Origin: Candidatus Moraniibacteriota bacterium
GTDB taxonomy: Bacteria > Patescibacteriota > Minisyncoccia > Moranbacterales > UBA1568
Direction of reading: 5' to 3'
DNA: 64,000 bases
NCBI GenBank assembly: GCA_013334575.1
Contig: JAAXXG010000005.1
Location: 3,080-67,079, forward strand
Every line of letters begins with the position of its first letter. Position 1 is the stretch's first letter. The notes under the pieces are model-generated. The model saw only the letters and a program-made list of their open reading frames with translations. It was not told the DNA's origin and made no database searches. Below are positions 18,922-31,001 of the stretch, piece after piece. Position numbers and translations under genes: made by a program.

Positions 18922-21378
18922 TCAGAGCATCGTAAACGCTCCGACCTTGTCGCCCGCCTGGGGCTTCATGACGCGGACACCCTGCGTGACGCGAGAGAGA
19001 AGCGGAACGGAATTGAACGGGATCCGAATGATCGTCCCCTTCTCGGAGGTAAGAATCAGATCGTCCTCGATATTGCCCATCGAGGTGATCGCAGCTCCCA
19101 CGAGTTTGCCGGTCTTGTCGGTCACCTTCATCGTCTTGATGCCGGAGCCGCCACGCTTCTGGACCTTGTAGTGTTTCAGCTCGGACCGCTTTCCGAGGCC
19201 GTTCTGTGAGAGGATCAGCAGTTCGAGCCCCTTCTCCCCCTTGGCGATGACATCCATCGCGACCACCTCGTCCCCGTCAACGAGCCGGATACCGCGGACT
19301 CCCGCCGCGGAGCGGCCCATAGCGCGAACATCGGTCTCCTTGAACCGGATCGCCTGACCGTCCTGGGTCGTCAGGATGATGTCGTCCCCGCCGGTCGTCG
19401 GACGGACCCAGTTAAGGAGGTCGCCCTTCTCGAGGTTGATGGCGATGAGTCCGGAGCGACGCACGTTCTCGAACTCCTCGATCTTCGTCTTCTTGACCGT
19501 TCCTCCGCGGGTCGCCATGAAAAGATACTTCGTATCGTCACCCTTCTTCCGGGCTACCATCTCGGTAATCTTCTCTTCGGGGCTGATCTGGATGAAATTC
19601 ACGACCGCGGCACCCTTGGCCGTCCGCGAGGACTCGGGAATCTCGTACGCCTTGAGCTGGAAGACCTTTCCGGTGTTCGTGAAGAACATGAGGTCCGCAT
19701 GCGTCTCGAGCGAGAGCACCATGGAGATCTTATCCTCGTCCTTCGTGACCGCGCCGATAACCCCCTTGCCGCCGCGCTTCTGCACGCGGTAGACGGAGGG
19801 GTTCATCCGCTTGATGTAACCGTCCTCGGAAAGCGTGATGATGGCGTCCTCGTTCGGAATAAGGTCCTCCTGCTTGAACTCGCCCACGCCGCCACGGACG
19901 ATCTTCGTCTTCCGGGCGTCCCCGTACTTGTCACGGACCTCGATGAGTTCGTCCTTCACGACGCCGAGCAGCTTCTCGCGGCTCCCCAGAAGGTCCTCGA
20001 GGTGCGCGATGAGCTTGCGCTTTTCCTCGAGTTCGTCTTCGATTTTCTGCCGCTCAAGGCCGGAGAGCGTCTGCAGCCGCATCTCGAGGATCGCGGTCGC
20101 CTGCCGTTCGGAAAGCCGGAAGTTCTTCTGCAGGTTTCCGTGCGCCTCCTCCTTGGTCTTCGACTTCTTGATGGTCGAGATGATCTCGTCGATATGGTCG
20201 AGCGCCTTCTTGAGCCCCTCGAGGATATGCGCCCGGTCCTTCGCCTTCTCCAACTCGTACTTGGTCCGCCGGGTCACCACCTGCTCTCGGTGCGCCACAT
20301 AGTGCTCGAGTATAGGCTTGAGACCGAGAACCTGCGGATCGATCCCGTCGACCAGCGCGAGCATGTTGACGTTGAAGTTCTTCTGCAGGTCGGTCAGGGA
20401 GTAGAGCCGGTTGAGGACCTTCTGGGGATAGGCGTCCTTCTTCAGCTCGACGACGATCCGTACGCCGTCCTTGTCGGACTCGTCGCGCAGGTCGCGTATA
20501 CCCTGAATCTTCCCGTCCTTCACGAGCTCGGCGATCTTCTCGATGAGCGTGGCCTTGTTGGTCGCATACGTCATTTCCGAGACGACGATCTGGTACGCTC
20601 CAGCCTTGGTCTCGACGATGTCGGCCTTGGCGCGGGTCACGATCTTACCTCGGCCAGTCGCGTATGCCTCGCGGATATCCGCCTGATTGTACGCGATACC
20701 GCCCGTCGGGAAGTCCGGCCCCTTGACGAATCCCAGGAGGTCGTCGACGCTCGCGTCCGGGTGGTCGATCAGGTGGCAGATGCCGTCGACGAGCTCGCCA
20801 AGATTATGCGGGGCGATGTTCGTCGCCATACCGACCGCGATACCGACCGTCCCATTGAGAAGCAATTGCGGCAGCTTGGCCGGAAGCACCGTCGGCTCCT
20901 GGTGAACCCCGTCGAAGTTCGGCACGAAATCGACCGTGTCCTTCTCGATGTCGACCAGCATCTCCTCGGCGATCTGGGCGAGTTTGGCCTCGGTGTAGCG
21001 GTAGGCGGCGGCGCTGTCGCCATCCATCGAACCGAAGTTCCCCTGTCCCCAGACAAGCGGGTAGCGAAGCGAGAAATCCTGTGCCATGCGGACCATCGTG
21101 TCGTACACGGCCGTGTCACCGTGCGGGTGATACTTGCCAAGCACCTCGCCGACGACCGTCGCCGACTTCCGAAATTTGGCCCCGGACCTGAGTCCCGTTG
21201 ACCACATCGAGTAGAGGATGCGGCGATGAACCGGCTTAAGACCGTCCCGCACGTCCGGAAGCGCCCGCGAGACGATGACACTCATCGCGTAGTCGAGGTA
21301 CGACTGACGGACCTCGTCGGTAATCTGTCGGGGCTCTATCCTCCCGTGGATATCGACTTCGTTTCTCACCTCTTCCAT
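18922..21378 (-). CDS. gyrA: DNA gyrase subunit A
   Basis: 818 aa. N-terminus ...[38 protein letters not shown] with active-site Tyr region. C-terminal beta-pinwheel repeats. Confidence 0.95.
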   Translation of the reverse strand: MEEVRNEVDIHGRIEPRQITDEVRQSYLDYAMSVIVSRALPDVRDGLKPVHRRILYSMWSTGLRSGAKFRKSATVVGEVLGKYHPHGDTAVYDTMVRMAQDFSLRYPLVWGQGNFGSMDGDSAAAYRYTEAKLAQIAEEMLVDIEKDTVDFVPNFDGVHQEPTVLPAKLPQLLLNGTVGIAVGMATNIAPHNLGELVDGICHLIDHPDASVDDLLGFVKGPDFPTGGIAYNQADIREAYATGRGKIVTRAKADIVETKAGAYQIVVSEMTYATNKATLIEKIAELVKDGKIQGIRDLRDESDKDGVRIVVELKKDAYPQKVLNRLYSLTDLQKNFNVNMLALVDGIDPQVLGLKPILEHYVAHREQVVTRRTKYELEKAKDRAHILEGLKKALDHIDEIISTIKKSKTKEEAHGNLQKNFRLSERQATAILEMRLQTLSGLERQKIEDELEEKRKLIAHLEDLLGSREKLLGVVKDELIEVRDKYGDARKTKIVRGGVGEFKQEDLIPNEDAIITLSEDGYIKRMNPSVYRVQKRGGKGVIGAVTKDEDKISMVLSLETHADLMFFTNTGKVFQLKAYEIPESSRTAKGAAVVNFIQISPEEKITEMVARKKGDDTKYLFMATRGGTVKKTKIEEFENVRRSGLIAINLEKGDLLNWVRPTTGGDDIILTTQDGQAIRFKETDVRAMGRSAAGVRGIRLVDGDEVVAMDVIAKGEKGLELLILSQNGLGKRSELKHYKVQKRGGSGIKTMKVTDKTGKLVGAAITSMGNIEDDLILTSEKGTIIRIPFNSVPLLSRVTQGVRVMKPQAGDKVGAFTML

Positions 21379-21417
21379 ATGGCCGTTCGGTTATCGTGAT
21401 TCGTTCCGTCCACTACC

Positions 21418-21699
21418 CTATCGTGTCGCCCCCGTCCCGATTCCCTCGCCGAGATACGGCTTGGCGGCGGAACGTGACGCGGAATCCTCCTCCGTATCCC
21501 CGAACACCGTCGGCGCCGCGGACTTCCGAAGCGTATCGGCATCGGCGGGAATGGATTTTCGAAGACTGTCCCGCAGAGTCACCACCCAGAGCAGCACTAT
21601 CATCGTCATGACGACGGCTACCATCGCCCACACGTACCGGACACGGACATGCTCCGGCTCGCGCCGGATACGATCGACCCGCTCATGAATGGAATTCAT
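21418..21699 (-). CDS. hypothetical small membrane protein
   Basis: 93 aa with a single TM (WAMVAVVMTMIVLLWVVTL). Confidence 0.3.
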   Translation of the reverse strand: MNSIHERVDRIRREPEHVRVRYVWAMVAVVMTMIVLLWVVTLRDSLRKSIPADADTLRKSAAPTVFGDTEEDSASRSAAKPYLGEGIGTGATR

Positions 21700-21706
21700 A
21701 TCCGTT

Positions 21707-22366
21707 TCAGGACTTCTGCAGGAAGACTATCTCCATGCTCTTCCCATCGAGGTCCTTCTTCTTGAAATTGAGTTTCGGAAGATCCTCGGCGACCTTGCAT
21801 CCGGTCTCACGACAGAAAGTCTCGCGGCCTTCGGCGGAGATAGACGCTCCGGAAAGCGCGTAGTGCATCGGAATGACCAGTTTTGGCTCTATGTCACGGA
21901 TGATGCCGTCTATCTTCTTCGGATCGAGCGCCTCGCCGCCGCCGACCGGAACGAAAAGGATATCGACATCGCCGATGCGCTCCACCGTCTTCTCGTCGAG
22001 CGGGTGTCCGATCGCGCCCAAATAGGCGAGACGGACATCTTCGGAATCGAAGACGAAAACCGTGTTCTGCCCGCGATCGACACCGCCGTTCTGATCCCTG
22101 AAGGACGGATAACCGAGTATTCCCACTCCCTTGGCGGCAAATTCGCCGGGCGTGTGGATAATGACCGGATCATCCTTCAATCCGGACAGAGCGTCGTCTG
22201 CGGGATCGAGATGCGACAGAAGAACGATATCGGCATGACCGAACGGCGACCGGATACTGGTCGACTTTCCCGGAAGGTCCGTAAAGATAACCACGTCCTC
22301 GGTGGCGCGTCCGGCGGGCTTGGTCGTGATCTTGAAGCAGTAGTCGCCGTAGTACTGGATGTTCAT
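21707..22366 (-). CDS. MBL-fold metallo-hydrolase
   Basis: HADIVLLSHLDPADD is a HxHxD-like motif, with beta-lactamase-fold layout. Confidence 0.75.
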   Translation of the reverse strand: MNIQYYGDYCFKITTKPAGRATEDVVIFTDLPGKSTSIRSPFGHADIVLLSHLDPADDALSGLKDDPVIIHTPGEFAAKGVGILGYPSFRDQNGGVDRGQNTVFVFDSEDVRLAYLGAIGHPLDEKTVERIGDVDILFVPVGGGEALDPKKIDGIIRDIEPKLVIPMHYALSGASISAEGRETFCRETGCKVAEDLPKLNFKKKDLDGKSMEIVFLQKS

Positions 22367-22584
22367 GGCAGTCTGTCATGACTGAAAAAGGCCGTACCGG
22401 CCACATCAAGTCTAGCATGCCGCGTTTCTCCCTGCCAAGAGTCACCCCTCTGCCCCGGACTTGCCAGAATGCGCGATACGATGTATCATTTCCCGTACGC
22501 TTTTCCCGGCTGTCAGGGAAACCGTCAGGCGGGCATTAATCCCATAATGGAGCCTTTTCCGCCGGGCTCCGACCGCAGAAGCAT

Positions 22585-23739
22585 ATGAGTACCGCAAAAA
22601 AGCAGGATCTTGAGACCCTCCTCTCGGAGGACACCGTCATCATCCCGGCTATCGGAGACGTCGTCACCGGAACGGTGATCCATGTCTCGTCGAATCATGC
22701 CCTCGTCGACCTCGGCCCCCTCGGGACCGGCGTCGTCCTCGGCAAGGAGATGAAGAGCGGCCTCGGCGGCAACGCCAAGCTCCGCGTCGGCGAGGAAGTG
22801 AGCGGAACGCTCATGAGCTTCGAGAACGAGGACGGCGATATCGAGATCTCCATCCGTGAAGCTTCCTACGAGAAGTCCTGGGAAGACCTTATCGACAAGC
22901 TCGAGAACAAGATTGTCATCGAGACGAAGGTGCTCGATGCCAACAAGGGCGGCCTCATGGTCGAACTCAACGGCATCATGGGCTTCCTCCCGGTCTCCCA
23001 GCTCGCCAACGAGCACTATCCGCGCGTCGAGGACGGCGACAAGAACAAGATCCTGGAACTGCTCCGCGCCCTCATCGGCCAGACGATCAGCGTCCGGCTT
23101 CTCGACGTGGACCGCGAGAACGAGAAGCTCATCGTGAGCGAAAAGGCGGCTCAGAGCGAGCGTGACCGCGAGCTCATCAACCGGCTCCGTGTCGGCGACG
23201 AGATCGAGGGAGAGGTATCCGGCGTCGTCGACTTCGGCGCGTTCGTCAAGTTCGACGCCCCGATTTCCGAGGACGGAAAGAAGGCCGGACAGAAGCTCGA
23301 GGGACTCGTCCACATCTCCGAACTCGCCTGGCAGCTGATCGACGACCCGCGCGAGATCGTGAAGACCGGCGACCAGGTCCGCGCCAAGATCATCGGCATC
23401 GAGGAGACCCGCATCTCGCTTTCCATGAAGGCCCTCAAGGAGGACCCGTGGACCAAGGTGGCAGAACGGTACGCGGTCAACCAGACGGTCACCGGCAAGA
23501 TCGACAAGATCAACCACTTCGGAGCCTTCGTCTATCTCGACAAGGACATCCACGGCCTCGCGCACGTCTCCGAGTTCCACGATGTCTACCCGGGACGCAA
23601 GATGGAAGACGTCTTCCGTGTCGGCGAGACCTACGACTGGAAGATCCTCTCGATCGAGCCGCGCGCCCACCGCATGGGACTCCTCCCCATCAAGGAAGGC
23701 AAACGGAAGAAGGATTCCGGGGAACAGGACGAGAAATAG
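22585..23739 (+). CDS. rpsA: 30S ribosomal protein S1-like (four S1 domains)
   Basis: Repeated S1 domain pattern (GDVVTGTVIHVSS..., ...ELAWQLIDDPREIVKTGDQVRAKIIGIEE...). A terminator follows. Confidence 0.8.
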   Translation: MSTAKKQDLETLLSEDTVIIPAIGDVVTGTVIHVSSNHALVDLGPLGTGVVLGKEMKSGLGGNAKLRVGEEVSGTLMSFENEDGDIEISIREASYEKSWEDLIDKLENKIVIETKVLDANKGGLMVELNGIMGFLPVSQLANEHYPRVEDGDKNKILELLRALIGQTISVRLLDVDRENEKLIVSEKAAQSERDRELINRLRVGDEIEGEVSGVVDFGAFVKFDAPISEDGKKAGQKLEGLVHISELAWQLIDDPREIVKTGDQVRAKIIGIEETRISLSMKALKEDPWTKVAERYAVNQTVTGKIDKINHFGAFVYLDKDIHGLAHVSEFHDVYPGRKMEDVFRVGETYDWKILSIEPRAHRMGLLPIKEGKRKKDSGEQDEK

Positions 23740-23807
23740 CTTCGGACCGGGTCCCGCCGCGCGCGGGACCCTTTCGTTTCGGGAAACATCGACATAAGGC
23801 CAGGAAT

Positions 23808-24386
23808 ATGAACGCTTCAAACCTCTTCATCCTTTCGGGACCGTCCGGTGCCGGCGAGGATTCCATCATCGACGGGCTCTCGAAGAGACTCCCTACCGAA
23901 CGTGTCATAACGACGACGACGAGAGTGCCCCGAAAGGGCGAATCGGAGGGTATGCCGTACTACTTCGTCTCCCGCGAAACGTTCGAATCACGCATCGACG
24001 CGGGAGAATTCGCAGAATGGGCGGAAGAATACAACGGAAACTTCTACGGCGTCGCCATGGCCGAGCTCGAGCGCGTGATTTCATCGGGCAGGATCGGCAT
24101 CTGGAAGATAGAATGGAAGGGCGTCATGACGGCTAAGAGACTCTTCCCAGAAATTATCGCCATCCTCATAACCGCTCCGCTTTCAAGCATTGAGGCGCGT
24201 ATCCGGAACCGGGATAACGCATCCGATGCATACATCGCGGAACGTATGGCGTATACGGAAGAGTGGATGCGACATACGGAAATCTATGACTACACGATCG
24301 AAAACCGCGACGGAGAGCTCGAAAGAGCCGTCTCGGAAGCGGAAAACATCATCCGTGCGTGCCTCTCCCGCACAGACGGACGCTAA
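23808..24386 (+). CDS. gmk: guanylate kinase
   Basis: P-loop SGPSGAGEDS and TTTRVPRKGESEGMPYYFVSRETFE. Confidence 0.9.
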   Translation: MNASNLFILSGPSGAGEDSIIDGLSKRLPTERVITTTTRVPRKGESEGMPYYFVSRETFESRIDAGEFAEWAEEYNGNFYGVAMAELERVISSGRIGIWKIEWKGVMTAKRLFPEIIAILITAPLSSIEARIRNRDNASDAYIAERMAYTEEWMRHTEIYDYTIENRDGELERAVSEAENIIRACLSRTDGR

Positions 24387-25386
24387 GGACTGGCGACCGA
24401 CCTCCTACGAAGGGCGGTCGTTCCTGAAGCGTGTCCGGACTCGTGACACGGATAACCGGCTCCTCGGTTCCGACACCTCGGTACTCATCGCGGTCTCAGG
24501 CGGACCGGACAGCGTCGCCTTGCTCCATTTTTTCCTGTACCTCCGGGATAAGCTCCGACTCCGGATCGGCATCGCCCACGTGAACTACCGTCTCCGCGGA
24601 AAGGATTCGGGCCAAGACGAGCTTCTGGTCCGCGAATATGCCTCCCGATACGATATCCCCTTCTTCCTCGCTCGTCCGCACCGAGCCGCATCGTCAAACG
24701 AGGAAACGCTTCGGGATATCCGTTATGCATTCTTCGATCGTATCGCCAAGAAAGAAGGGTTCGATTCGATCGCGGTAGCCCACACGGCGGACGACCAGGT
24801 CGAGACCATCCTGATCCGACTCCTCCGTGGAACCGGACCGGAAGGATTGACCGGTATGCGACCGCGAAAAGATCGCGTCATCCGCCCCTTTCTCAGCACG
24901 ACAAAGCGGGAAGTCCTTTCGTTCCTTGAAACGGAACGGATAGAATACCGGGAAGACGCTTCTAATCGGGACCTCTCCATCCTTCGAAACCGCATCCGAC
25001 ACGAACTCATCCCTCTCCTCGAGCGTGACTACCGGCCGGGAGTCTCGAAGGCTATCGTTCGACTGGCTTCCATAACGGCACGAACACGGAGCGAGAGCGG
25101 TGACGCACCTATTTCGCTCCGTATGGACGAAGTACGATCCGATACCTCTTCCTTCTCACGCGACGACTACCTTGGCCTGACGGAGAACGGCCGTGCCGAA
25201 ACGCTTCGGAGCCTGTTCAGACGACTCTCCGGAACCGGGAAAAACCCCTCCGAGACATTCGTCCGCGAGGCAGATAGGCTCATCCGGAGCGAATCTCCGA
25301 AAATCCGCGTTTTTACGTCAAAACGGTTGAGTATAAGGGTCAGAGGTGATAAAGTAAGCATGATACGGACGGAACATAACGTATAA
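24286..25386 (+). CDS. tilS: tRNA(Ile)-lysidine synthetase (start uncertain)
   Basis: PP-loop VLIAVSGGPDSVALLHF. The only in-frame ATG upstream of the motif overlaps gmk by ~100 nt, and no ATG/GTG/TTG occurs between the gmk stop and the SGG motif. Confidence 0.75.
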   Translation: MTTRSKTATESSKEPSRKRKTSSVRASPAQTDAKDWRPTSYEGRSFLKRVRTRDTDNRLLGSDTSVLIAVSGGPDSVALLHFFLYLRDKLRLRIGIAHVNYRLRGKDSGQDELLVREYASRYDIPFFLARPHRAASSNEETLRDIRYAFFDRIAKKEGFDSIAVAHTADDQVETILIRLLRGTGPEGLTGMRPRKDRVIRPFLSTTKREVLSFLETERIEYREDASNRDLSILRNRIRHELIPLLERDYRPGVSKAIVRLASITARTRSESGDAPISLRMDEVRSDTSSFSRDDYLGLTENGRAETLRSLFRRLSGTGKNPSETFVREADRLIRSESPKIRVFTSKRLSIRVRGDKVSMIRTEHNV

Positions 25387-25402
25387 CCTTCAGACCAACG
25401 CT

Positions 25403-27265
<1,863 letters not shown>

Positions 27266-27439
27266 GCAGCGGAGACCGTTCATCAGACGAAGCGCCGACA
27301 CGCATAGTCGGCGCTTTTTCGACTCCGCTTCTTCGGCTCATCGGAGGTGTCTTCCGAAGCCCCTCTTCACAAGCTCTCCGTATCGTGCTACAAAGGAATT
27401 CGGAGCGATACGGCGGAATGAGATGCTCCGACGGTATGT

Positions 27440-27513
27440 GGGCGGCTAGCTCAGTTGGTTAGAGCGCCACATTGACATTGTGGAGGTCACAAGTTCGAAT
27501 CTTGTGTCGCCCA
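27440..27513 (+). tRNA. tRNA-Val (GAC)
   Basis: Cloverleaf folded by hand. Acceptor GGGCGGC/GTCGCCC with A73, anticodon loop ttGACat, T-loop TTCGAAT. Confidence 0.8.
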
Positions 27514-27526
27514 CATACCGCATAAG

Positions 27527-27550
27527 AAAAACCGGCAATGCCGGTTTTTC
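27527..27550. terminator. bidirectional intrinsic terminator
   Basis: AAAAACCGGCAATGCCGGTTTTT. Confidence 0.7.
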
Positions 27551-27579
27551 TATATCCGAAAGACTGCCTGCAGATACTA

Positions 27580-28599
27580 TCAACGCACTCCGACCGGAGC
27601 GACCCCTCCTTGCTTCGTGGTACTTATCTGCGTCGTAAGCTGCTGGTTAAGTTCGGATGAATAGGCTGCTCCGCGTCCAAGCGTCTGGTTCGCAAGATCG
27701 ATCCTGGAACCGATCTGGGCGTCGACACTCGCTACCTCACGAAGCAGCTTCGACTGGATACTGCCAAGACCGTTCTGAATGACATTCGTTATCATCCGGT
27801 TCGCAAGCGTTGCTATCGCGCCGCTTATCAGTTCGCTCGGATTCTGCGCCTCCGCTATGATCTTGTTTCCGATATCCTGGACGTTCGAAACGATCTGACC
27901 GATCGTACTTCCCGGAAGAATGGTGTTTCCGTTGGCATCCTTGACCCCTTTATATCCGGACGCCATCGCCTGAACCTGGGCTGCCTGGGTATTCTTCGCA
28001 TTTTCTTCCATCACGAAACGCTCCGCTCTCAGCGAATATCCGATCGGATCGCTTCCGGTCGAAAACATTTCCGACAAGACGCGAAAATCCCCACTTCCTA
28101 TGGATGTGATCGGATCACCGCTCAATTCGCTCAGCCTCGCCGTCGAACCGACCGTCCCCGATCCGCCGGAAAGGTGAAGATCGGCGATCTTCGAGAGCTT
28201 CGACTCGTACGAGCCGCTCGATCCGGCCGCATTGAATCCGCTCGCCCTCCCCTGCAGGGTCAATGGTTTAAACGTGCTTTCGTAAGCCAGCTTCGTCTTC
28301 TGCTGCGACTCACCATAAAGATACTGCCTCCAATCGGTAATGATCAGTGATTGCTTCGTCGAATTTCCGACGACCATGCTCATCACGCGGGTATTGAGAA
28401 GGCTGATCGTCGTCGATTTCAGCGTTGCAAGCAGGACGCCGTCGATTTGTGCCTGAATCTTCTCCAGAGTCTGCTTCAGAATGGCCGCCGGAATCGCATC
28501 GCCCCATGCGTAAGCCGGCCGGGCCGAGAGTGACAGGACGCAGACCAGCAACAGCGCCACCGCGACGGGACGAGTTTTTTTTGAGGATGTCTGTTTCAT
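27580..28599 (-). CDS. hypothetical secreted protein
   Basis: Signal peptide (…LLLVCVLSLSARPAYA). Composition is Ser/Thr/Gln/Asn rich. Confidence 0.5.
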   Translation of the reverse strand: MKQTSSKKTRPVAVALLLVCVLSLSARPAYAWGDAIPAAILKQTLEKIQAQIDGVLLATLKSTTISLLNTRVMSMVVGNSTKQSLIITDWRQYLYGESQQKTKLAYESTFKPLTLQGRASGFNAAGSSGSYESKLSKIADLHLSGGSGTVGSTARLSELSGDPITSIGSGDFRVLSEMFSTGSDPIGYSLRAERFVMEENAKNTQAAQVQAMASGYKGVKDANGNTILPGSTIGQIVSNVQDIGNKIIAEAQNPSELISGAIATLANRMITNVIQNGLGSIQSKLLREVASVDAQIGSRIDLANQTLGRGAAYSSELNQQLTTQISTTKQGGVAPVGVR

Positions 28600-28621
28600 A
28601 CGCCGATGCTTGAGCGTGATA

Positions 28622-29629
28622 TTACTGAAGCTCGAGCGGGATAGACGTTATCCCGTAGTCGGAAAGCTTCGACTGCACGTCGGTCACGAACACACCGACC
28701 ACTCCGAGCAGCCCTTGAACCTTTGAAAGCGTCTTGATCGTCATTACCGGATCATCCTGTATCGAATCACCGACGTCGTCCTTCAGTTTCGCCATGTACG
28801 TCGCAAGCTTGAGCGCCTTAACGTGCGTGTCGAGCATCTGCTGAGGAACTTCGACTTCGTTGATCTGCTCGAGCATACGCTGCCCGCTCTCCACATAGGT
28901 ATCCAACGAAGAGACATTCCCCATCGAGACGGCGGTGATCGCCTCGTTCGCAAACGACTCCGATACGCTCTGCAATTCGCTCTGGTTCGTGATCTGAACC
29001 GGAGAGTTGCTCGCAAAGATGAAGGAGACGGTCGTAAGATACTCCGTTATATCCTCCTTGATGCGCTCTTTTCGCTTCGATTCCGAGAGCCCGGCATAGG
29101 TCTCATCCTTGACTTTGATAGCGCTCAAATCGACATCCGGGAGCGAGACTTCTTCGGCTCCGCCGGATATTTCCTGCGCGATGGATGTCAGATCCTCTAT
29201 CGACACCTCGGTGGTACCGTCAGATGTCACGTTTGACTCCGACGCCTTCACCAAGGCAGCCAATTTTTCGCTTACCGTGTCCGTCAAATTGTCACCACCC
29301 ATTCCGCCCGACGAAGTCTCATCCCTTTTTTCAGCCTTTGTTTCCTGTACGATTTTATCGCCAGGCGCAGCTTTCAACGGATCGTACCCTCCCCGGATCT
29401 CCACGCCGTCAGAATATCCGTCACTATCGGTATCCCGATTCGCCGGATCCGTTCCATATAGCCGCTCTTCCGCGCCAGTTAGGCCGTCCTGATCGGAATC
29501 ATCCACGATATTCGCGGCACGCATCTCCTCCGCCGATGTCACGAAAATGCCGTACCCGATAGCGACAAGACACGCTAACAGAAGAAAATCGGCACGAAGA
29601 CCACCCACCAGGTTCTTCATTCGATTCAT
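28622..29629 (-). CDS. secreted protein with thrombospondin type-3-like Asp-rich Ca-binding repeats
   Basis: N-terminal TM/signal, then DDSDQDGLTGAEERLYGTDPANRDTDSDGYSDGVE (DxDxDG repeats). Confidence 0.5.
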   Translation of the reverse strand: MNRMKNLVGGLRADFLLLACLVAIGYGIFVTSAEEMRAANIVDDSDQDGLTGAEERLYGTDPANRDTDSDGYSDGVEIRGGYDPLKAAPGDKIVQETKAEKRDETSSGGMGGDNLTDTVSEKLAALVKASESNVTSDGTTEVSIEDLTSIAQEISGGAEEVSLPDVDLSAIKVKDETYAGLSESKRKERIKEDITEYLTTVSFIFASNSPVQITNQSELQSVSESFANEAITAVSMGNVSSLDTYVESGQRMLEQINEVEVPQQMLDTHVKALKLATYMAKLKDDVGDSIQDDPVMTIKTLSKVQGLLGVVGVFVTDVQSKLSDYGITSIPLELQ

Positions 29630-29796
29630 ATCAATAGGTAATTTTGTTTATCGATACTGTACCACTTTTTTTTCTCTTTTACCAGTTCATGGTTCATTAT
29701 GATCTTTTTACCACTTTATGTAATAAAATATATATTTTGTCAATAATCAACAAATCCACCAGAAACACTTTTCTATAATATGCTTTTCTTTACGAT

Positions 29797-30271
29797 TGTT
29801 CCACGTGGAACATTTCCTCATATCATGTGAAAATCTATATAAATCATTTTCTATAAATATGTTTCAATCTATTCTTACGATATCTGCAAATTTATTATTG
29901 TTCCACGTGGAACATTTTTTCATATCCCACGATCACAGTTATTCATTCTTAAATAATATATAACTCTACATGTTCCACGTGGAACATTCAGCAATTTAAT
30001 TCTTAAACGAGGAAGCGTATATTGATGATAGTGCATATTGTTCCACGTGGAACATTTACCATATTTATGATTAAGAAATTTGTTCCACGTGGAACAAATA
30101 TTTACTAAAAAGATTCATTTAAAATATCAAATGTTCCACGTGGAACAAATTCAAAATTGGTTGATATTCCTTACATTGTTCCACGTGGAACAATGACATT
30201 TATTGATAGTAGAAAATAATATCCGACCAAATTTTCATTACTGAATCTTATTAAATGTTCCACGTGGAACA
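29797..30271. repeat. array of eight perfect parS-type palindromes TGTTCCACGTGGAACA in an AT-rich intergenic region
   Basis: Copies at 29797-29812, 29899-29914, 29971-29986, 30039-30054, 30081-30096, 30132-30147, 30177-30192 and 30256-30271. The repeat is 1 nt from the B. subtilis parS TGTTCCACGTGAAACA. Flanking bases are also conserved (..ACATTT..TCATATC). Confidence 0.85.
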
Positions 30272-30315
30272 ATATATATAATTGACATATATAGTGTTCT
30301 GTGTTTTTATGACTG

Positions 30316-30344
30316 TTGACGGGAGCCTCTTCTCCGGTTAAAAT
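30316..30344 (+). promoter_or_regulatory. sigma70-like promoter (TTGACG-17-TAAAAT) for the tRNA-Ala/tRNA-Arg operon
   Basis: The -10 element ends 9 nt before tRNA-Ala +1. Confidence 0.5.
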
Positions 30345-30353
30345 TGCCTCATT

Positions 30354-30426
30354 GGGCCTGTAGCTTAGTTGGTAGAGCGCCTCCATGGCATGGAGGAGGT
30401 CAGGAGTTCGAGTCTCCTCAGGTCCA
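30354..30426 (+). tRNA. tRNA-Ala (GGC)
   Basis: G3:U70 identity pair, anticodon loop atGGCat, T-loop TTCGAGT. Confidence 0.8.
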
Positions 30427-30477
30427 CACCCATACCGTATTCATGCCATTTTGACGCTCTATACGGCCATCGGTTCC

Positions 30478-30549
30478 GCCTCGATAGCTCAATGGATAGA
30501 GCGAATCCGTCCTAAGGATGAGATCTAGGTTCGATTCCTAGTCGGGGCA
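30478..30549 (+). tRNA. tRNA-Arg (CCT)
   Basis: Acceptor GCCTCGA/TCGGGGC, anticodon loop gtCCTaa, T-loop TTCGATT. Confidence 0.7.
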
Positions 30550-30641
30550 CAAAAAACCTTTCTCAGGCGAATACGACCCATCTTTGACAAAATACCGAGA
30601 TTGCGCGACAATGCTCCGATTAGACACCGAAAGGAAACTCC

Positions 30642-30974
30642 ATGTCGCGAAGAATCCTGCAAATCAACGAGCTCCTTCGGGAGCGGCTCGGCGAAATCAT
30701 CCTTCGGGAGGTCAGTTTCAAGCCGGGAGTACTCGCCACTTTAACGAAGGTCTCCGTCTCACGGGATCTCCGCCATGCATCGGTACATATCAGCCCGTTC
30801 CCGGAGACGGAAAGCGAATACGTGATGCGAACGCTCGAGCACGAACGAAAGCGCATCCAAAAAATCCTGCACGGGGGACTTCATATGAAACCGCTGCCGG
30901 CCATCGCGTTCCTTACGGATACGACGGAGCGGGAAGCCGACATCGTGGAACGGATCCTCCGGGACCTGGACTGA
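30642..30974 (+). CDS. rbfA: ribosome-binding factor A
   Basis: MSRRILQINELLRERLGEIILREV...ATLTKVSVSRDLRHASVHIS. Confidence 0.85.
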   Translation: MSRRILQINELLRERLGEIILREVSFKPGVLATLTKVSVSRDLRHASVHISPFPETESEYVMRTLEHERKRIQKILHGGLHMKPLPAIAFLTDTTEREADIVERILRDLD

Positions 30975-31001
30975 CGTATTTTTCGGAGTTATACACCGGT
31001 T

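Noticed and set aside
19699-21201. 500-aa plus-strand ORF inside gyrA
   Set aside because: It is antisense to gyrA and its Leu/Arg/Asp-rich composition is a GC artifact.
22525-23820. 431-aa minus-strand ORF antisense to the S1 gene
   Set aside because: The S1 reading frame has four clear S1 repeats. The opposite-strand ORF is low-complexity.
29797-30271. CRISPR array
   Set aside because: The repeats are 16-bp perfect palindromes with irregular 42-102 bp spacing, AT-rich conserved flanks and no cas genes. This fits protein-binding sites (parS-like), not CRISPR repeats.
29640-30350. Chromosomal oriC at the AT-rich parS block
   Set aside because: No DnaA boxes occur there. The dnaA-dnaN spacer (54570-54843) has four DnaA-box-like 9-mers plus a (TA)n DUE and the canonical rpmH-rnpA-yidC-jag / dnaA-dnaN context.
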